Origin: Spongospora subterranea f. sp. subterranea
Taxonomy: Eukaryota
Assembly (NCBI GenBank): GCA_049724395.1
Contig: JAUGWO010000027.1
Span: 52,604-72,603, forward strand
Direction: 5' to 3'
Length of the DNA: 20,000 nt
This document shows positions 13,821 through 20,000 of the stretch, one piece after another. How positions within the stretch are numbered: position 1 is the stretch's first letter; each line of letters opens with the position of its first letter. A program made the translations under genes and the position numbers. Below the pieces are notes generated by a model, which ran no database searches, was not told where the DNA came from, and was given only the letters and a program-made list of their open reading frames with translations.

Positions 13821-14809
13821 TGCTGCTCAGCTGCCGTCGACAATCTAAGAAGCAATTCGGCAAATCTATGAAGCAGGATCGGGGACGGCTGTTATTGATG
13901 TAGCGGGAAATCGATCATGAATATGTTGATATTACCCACCCGGGCATTGACCCGCTACAGTGTCAGCAGCACACATGCGCAACCCCGTCTATGAGACAGC
14001 AATCGACAACGTGGTCGTCCATCCACTGACTCGGATGACGACGGTGTGTATCTGGCGCCGAACACGATTTTGATCTGGACCCACATTGAGTTGCGCTATG
14101 AGGCCGATTGTCAGTATCCCATAAATATCAGAGTGTTCAATACAAGCTTCGGAAACGTTTCCGCTGTAATCAGTGGAGTCTGTCAGCTGAAGCGACGTGC
14201 TTCATGTCAGAAAACGTAAAACCCTCCTGTTACATCTATTGCTCGACATTCACATGACAATCGTCATTCAGAAACTGTTCGTTCACAAGGAATCCCAGGG
14301 CGTTTTCTCAACTGTGGCTCCGCATATCTATTGCACTAATATGCAATCAAATGCCATGCGAAGGTCCCAACCTGGTAATAATGCAGTTCGACATTCAGGC
14401 TGATTGGGCTGCCAGATTTCCGTTTCCCTAGGGTTTCTCGAGATTGGCGTGAACTTATCATCCAAACCCATCAATGCAGGCAAACTTTACATTTCGAATA
14501 ACACTTTTTCTGGTGTTACGATTTTCAATGGAGCATTCGCCTTTGATTACGAAATCATCCGATTTCGCGAACATTCGTCTCGCAGTGTTTTTGAAAAAGT
14601 TATCTTCTCATTGAATTGTTCGTGCGCAAGGAGGATAAATGGTTTACAGTCCGACGTTTGTGGCAAATTCACAGTGTGTAGTTGCGAAAAGATGTTTCTG
14701 TTGGAGTCAGACGGTATATTCCGCTCTTCTCGCTCAACCAAATCTGGTAGTGCTGAATTTGCAAGACGTAATTGCTAATTCTTACTCTAATAAACATCGT
14801 TTCCATAAT

Positions 14810-15060
14810 CACACAGGCTATGGCTACAGCGACGCAGACTGGGCCCGTAACCCGGATCGCAAACGCAGGAGTTTGTGCCCAGATGACGAGCAATCGTCGT
14901 CTGGCCCTAGTTGAACTCAATCACAAAAAATCCTGTGTACAGTACTCCCAGGTTTTTCCCAACTTCCGCCTGGCCGCTACAAGTAAATTGGGTATCCACT
15001 GAATGAACATATTAGACCTGGGCCAGATTGAGCAGCCAACGCTGTGATAATTCATCAGTA
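14810..15060 (+). mobile_element. Decayed Ty1/copia LTR-retrotransposon RNase H fragment
   Basis: 14822-14872 encodes GYSDADWARNPDRKRRS, close to the copia signature GYSDADWAGDxDxRRS. About 200 nt downstream, 15043-15057 encodes CDNSS (cf. copia CDNQSA). The intervening frame is broken, and no LTRs, RT or integrase were seen. Confidence 0.62.
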
Positions 15061-15643
15061 TGAACCGTGTTTGTCCAACGCCGCATGATTGCTACATTTG
15101 AAGAAAGATAATCGACGAGAGACATAGGGCCAGATTACATACAACATCAATGTATTATACACCAACATGATCGGGTCTGTAGTTGTTAACAATATCATCC
15201 GAGCTGGACTTTGTATGTTATGAACTCGAAACCGAACTCCTTTGTTTTCTTCCATCAATCTCGATTTGAATCATCACATCTTCCATGATTTTGCCATAAC
15301 AGGCACCGTTGGGATTTAGAGAGTCATGATCACCATGATGGAATGGAGGTGATTCAATCGTTCAACAATTATCCGATATAATCATGTGCGAGATATTGTC
15401 ACTTGTGATATCCCCTCATGATTCACAATTGCATAGTTTCCCTTTTGATCAACAAACTGTCAACAAACAGCGGCTTGGTGGCGAAACCCGGTACTCTGGG
15501 GTTCGACATAAATCACATGAGGTCTGTCTGAAATGCAGCAGTTTAAATAGCAGTTATTAAACACAACTAATTTATCAATTTAGCTTTGCATTAGTTCAAC
15601 CTTCTTTGCTGCGTTGGAGGAATGGTTTTCAGCCTCCTACTCT

Positions 15644-18600
15644 CTATTTCCAGCGGGTCGATAGAACCTCAAAAAGATCAACCCTTTGATGACGTAAGTT
15701 TAACACTGACCAGGCATAATTGACCAACCGCTTTGTCGAAACTGCCACATCGAGAGCAGATTCACCATTATGATTTTTGAGTTTGATTATTGTGGGACAC
15801 TCCACAGCCAATATATGACAATTGTCCCTGAGATATCAATTCAGCGGTTTTGATGTTTTGGACATTTGTGTTGTCAACTGACCGGCCAAAAAGGATCAAG
15901 GATACACCCAGTGTCCCACAACGTTCCTTCATCTCATCAGGTTCCACAAAGAAAAACGGTGCCGCCTCAATTAGATCGATAATGATCTGCTTACTTCTGT
16001 GAGATCTCAATCAGATATTTTTCACTATATTCACAGTATAGCGGGCTACAGGTTATGATATATCGCCAGGTGCAGTGCTGTATTCCCATTAAGATCAGGA
16101 ATAAGGGGATTGGCGCCTCTCTTCAACAGATACTTCACCAGAACTTCTCTATAACGACAGTTTAATTAAAGTGCTGATCAGGGTCAAATACAAACTAGGA
16201 CCAACCGATTACTCTCTATAGCCCTATGAAGATGTGTTGCCCCATTATTGCAGGCGTGGTTGACATCAATAGTTTTAATCATTGATTTGATGGTTTCGTC
16301 TGTCCTGTTGGCACTCATTAGGTCTTTAAATATATGGTGGTATTTGGGCGATATACAATTCAGTTGGCATATGGGTGTGCAATGGTGTGTTCCCATCAAT
16401 ATCAGCTATATTGGAATCGGCACCTCTCGAGAGAAGAATCTGGACGATATCAAAACTGGAAATACAAAAACATATTAATTGAAGATGTGATCAGAACCAG
16501 ACTTTAATTTCTACCAACCGTGCAAGAGAAACTGCGAGAAACAGAGCAGTTTGCCATTTTTGGTTTCTCAAATTGAGTATTTTTGACGTGGCCCGACGGT
16601 TGACATCTGGGTCCCTGTGAGAGCAGATCAGCGACTTCAATGATTTCGACACACCCATCAACAATATACAGCCGATCATGAACTAACTCTCCACTCAACA
16701 CACTGAGGGATCCATCATCCCGTTTTGATCCAGCAGATCGGCCGTTCTTGGCGTTGCCGACCTCAAGTATAGATATAATGGTCTCTCCACTTCTATGAAA
16801 TTTGATATGAGATATTTGGTAAATATAACAAGATTAAAGGTGTACAGATTATGCACTATCGCCAGGTGCAGTGCTGTATTCCCATTAAAATCAGAAATAA
16901 TGGGTTGGCGCCTCTCTTCAACAATTTCATAACCACCACATCCCTAACCAATCAGTGTTATTGAGGGGCCGATCAGTGTCCACACAATATCAATTGACCA
17001 ACCGACGACACTTAATAGCACAATGGAAAAGAGTGGACCCATCATTGTACCGGTGGTTGATATCAATATTGTGTATCATTGACAGAAAAGAATCGTCTGT
17101 TCTGTGAGAACATCAGTAAATGTTGGAGTGTTTGGTGAGATCTGTTTAACTCACAGGGTCAATAGAAGAGTGTGCAATGGTGTATCCCTATCATTATCCG
17201 CTATTGTGGGATCGGCACCGTTCTCCAACAGAATTTGGGCGATATCAAAACTGAGGATACGAGACCTTAGTATTGAACTCGCTGATCAGAGCCAGAGAGA
17301 GGATTTGACCAACCGATTCAAACGAACTGCAGAAAAGAAAGCAGTTTGGCCATCATGGTTCATCGAATTGATAATATCGTCGCACGAGAGAGCAATTATT
17401 TTGGTGACGAGATCTCGGTTTCTGTGAGATCAAATCAGGGCTTCTTGCCAGACCGATATATGAGCAATATACAGGCTTTTAAACAATTTTTGAAACAAAC
17501 ACGCATAGAATCGTGTTGTCATCGGATTCTGGAGCACAAGGTGAATTGGTTTTGGCCTCGCCGCTTCAATTATATCAATGATGATCTGCTCACTTCTGTA
17601 GAAATATTAATAAGCTATTTTGAAATCAACAATTTGAACTGTTCTTAATACAGTCCTCCGTCTGATTGCCAGGTGAAGTGCTGAATTTCCATCACGATCA
17701 GGAATTATAGGAGCGACGCCTCTCTTCAACAGATGTTTAACCAAAAATTCCCTACATTATCAGTTTAATGAGGCGCTGATCCATATCCAAAATTGATTAC
17801 GAAAAACCGTTTGAAAAAAATTGCAAGCTGGAGAAAAGTGTATCCATATCTGTTGACATGATTGACATCAATATTTTCAGTCATCAAAATAATCATTTCG
17901 TCAGTCCTGTCAGCACATCAGTGAATATTTGATTTTGTAAGATTTGGGCGACATACATGTCAGTTGGCAAATGAATGTGTAATGGTGAATCCGCAAAGTC
18001 ATCCAATATAGTGGGATCGGCACCATTAAGAAAAAGGGTGTTGGCGATAATACCACTGGAGATACACAGATCTCATCATTGATGTTGGTGATTAGAACAG
18101 GACAGAGAATTTGACCAACCGATTATGAGCAACTGCAGTGCAGAAAGGAGTTTCCCCCTCATTGTTCCTGAGGTTCATTATTTCAGACGTCGCCTCAACG
18201 ATGGCATTTCGGTCCCTGTTAAAGCAGATCAGCGACTTCATGATTTCAACAAACCGATTCAGAATGTACAGGCCATCATGATCCATTGTTCCACTTAAAC
18301 ACCCAGAGGGATCCGTCATCTGATTATGGCCCAGAATATCGTCAGCCTTTGCCTTCGCCACTTTAATTATATCATTGATCATCTCTTCACTTCTGTGAGA
18401 TCTCAATCAGATGGGTGGCAATTTCCACATATTATAGCAGTCTACAGATCTTCTTTTATCGCCAGGTGCAGTGCTGTATTGCCATCAATATCTGTTATTG
18501 TGGGATCGGCACCGAGATCCAACAGAATTCGAGAGATGCCCTCACTGAAACTCATTATTGAAGGCGATAACCAGACCCAGACAGTAAATTGACCAACCGA

Positions 18601-20000
18601 CAATAATAAACTGCATGTGAGAGTGCAGTGTGCCCCTTGGTGTTCCTGAGGTTCAATATTTCTGACGTCGCTTCACGAATGGCATTCCGGTCCCTGTTAA
18701 TCACATCAGATGATCAGCATTGTTCCACTCGAACACTTCATCTGATTTCAACAAACCATGGCCGCTTTATTATAGAATATACAGGTCGATCATGAACCAT
18801 AGTTCCGACTATCGCCAAGTGCAGTGCACTATTATTGTGGGATCGGCACCGAGAATTATGTTCTCAATTGAAGGCAATATCCAGACAGATCATCTTGACC
18901 CACCGACGATAATAAACTGAATTTGAGAGGGCGGTGCGTCCATTGACTGATGGCATTTCGATCCCTGTTAAATCACATCAGCGCAAAGATTCAACACAAT
19001 TAAGAACATACAGGCGATCATGAACCATAGCTCCACTGATCATCTCATTATGGCCCAGAATATTAACAGCTTTTTCCATCGCCGCTTTAATTATACGAAT
19101 AATGATCTCTTCACTCCTGTCAAATCTCACTCAGATGAGTAACAATTTCCAGATATTATAGCAGTCAACCGATCTTCTTGTATCGCCAGGTGCAGTGCTG
19201 TATTGCCATCAATATCTATTATTGTGGGATCGGCACCGAGATCCAACAGAATTCGGGAGATGTTCTCACTGAAACACATTATTGAAGGCAATAACCAGAC
19301 CCAGACAGTAAATTGACCAACCGACGATAATAAACTGCATGTGAGAGAGCGGTGCGCCCCTTATGGTTCCTGAGTGTGAATATTTCTGACGTCGCTTCAC
19401 TGATGGCATTTCGGTCCCTGTTAAATCACATCAGCGACTTCAAAGATTTCAACACACCGATTAAGAACATACAGGCAGATCATGAACCATAGTTCCACTG
19501 GAACACCCAGAGGGATCCGTCATCTCATTATGGCCCAGAATATCGACAGCCTTTGCCCTCGCCGCTTTAATTATATCAATAATGATCTCTTCACTTCTGT
19601 GAGATCTCAATCAGATGAGTTGCAATTTCCACATATTATAGCAGTCTACAGTTGCTCTTCTATCGCCAGGTGCAGTGCTGTATTGCCAAAATTATCGATT
19701 GATGTGGGATCGGCACCGTGCTTCAACAGAATTCGGGAAGATTTCCTCACTGAAACTGATTATTGAAGGCGCTAACCAGACCCAGTCAGTAAATTGACCA
19801 ACCGACAATAATAAACTGCATGTGAGAGAGCAGTGCGCCCTCATTGTTCCTGAGGTTGAATATTTCTGACGTCGCTTCACCAATGGCATTCCGGTCCCTG
19901 TGAGAACATATAAGCGACTTCAATGATTTCAACACACCTGATAAGAATATACAGGCGATTAGGAACCATTGTTCCACTCGAACACCCAGAGGGATTCGTC
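15644..20000 (-). CDS. Large multi-exon ankyrin-repeat gene or pseudogene; 5' end beyond the right edge; several indels
   Basis: Recurrent GADPT/GANP...D.DGNTALHLAI, GETPFCTAV, GATHLHRAI and GESALDVAV motifs lie on 96-123-nt exons separated by ~50-65-nt GT-AG introns. Terminal exon RVDLFEVLSTRWK* (TAG 15644-15646). Some copies are frameshifted (e.g. ~16902, ~19838, 18700-19060). Confidence 0.85.
15700..18500 (-). repeat. Older tandem units of ~800 bp (5 exons + 5 introns each) within the ankyrin gene
   Basis: The marker gccaggtg(c/a)agtgctg (GNxALHLA) recurs at ~16065, 16861, 17668 and 18461 (spacing ~795-807). The ggatcggcacc-like GADP marker recurs at ~16356, 17209 and 18014. The copies are visibly diverged. 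Confidence 0.85.
18100..20000 (-). repeat. Recent tandem units of ~480 bp (3 exons + 3 introns), highly similar including their introns
   Basis: Near-identical blocks at ~19021-19500 and ~19501-19980 (GNTALHLA marker at 19185 and 19664; aaattgaccaaccgac at ~18587, 19310, 19791). A further copy lies at ~18215-18700 and a shortened, scrambled copy at ~18700-19060. Confidence 0.9.

Noticed and set aside
15470..15512. A-box/B-box-like motifs (GGCTTGGTGG...GGTTCGAC) suggesting a tRNA or SINE
   Set aside because: No cloverleaf or acceptor stem can be formed, and the B-box is incomplete.
15700..20000. Regularly spaced conserved motifs superficially like a CRISPR array or satellite
   Set aside because: The conserved blocks translate as ankyrin motifs and splice sites, the 'spacers' are homologous to each other, and the context is eukaryotic.

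Overview
Gene-dense eukaryotic (protist-like) genomic DNA in the standard genetic code, with many short GT-AG introns of about 45-60 nt. The short introns and the expanded ankyrin-repeat gene resemble a plasmodiophorid/Phytomyxea genome, but that taxon is only an inference. From left to right the window holds: INTS3 (- strand, running off the left edge) head-to-head with SMU1 (+); an unannotated ~1.9 kb interval containing a diverged, coding-like inverted repeat; a DUSP-Ubl-Tudor-like-UCH deubiquitinase of the USP4/11/15 type (-); an intronless METTL21-family methyltransferase (-); ATG3 (+); MAD2 (-); a decayed Ty1/copia RNase H relic; and a >4.3 kb ankyrin-repeat gene (-, entering from the right edge). 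The most interesting structure is the ankyrin locus. The exons checked are symmetric phase-2 cassettes of about one repeat each, arranged as older ~800-bp 5-exon units plus recently amplified ~480-bp 3-exon units that carry a chimeric exon. Single-base indels interrupt SMU1, MAD2 and possibly the USP gene. These are most likely assembly errors, although the SMU1 site (GGG-TAA) also looks like a +1 shifty-stop.
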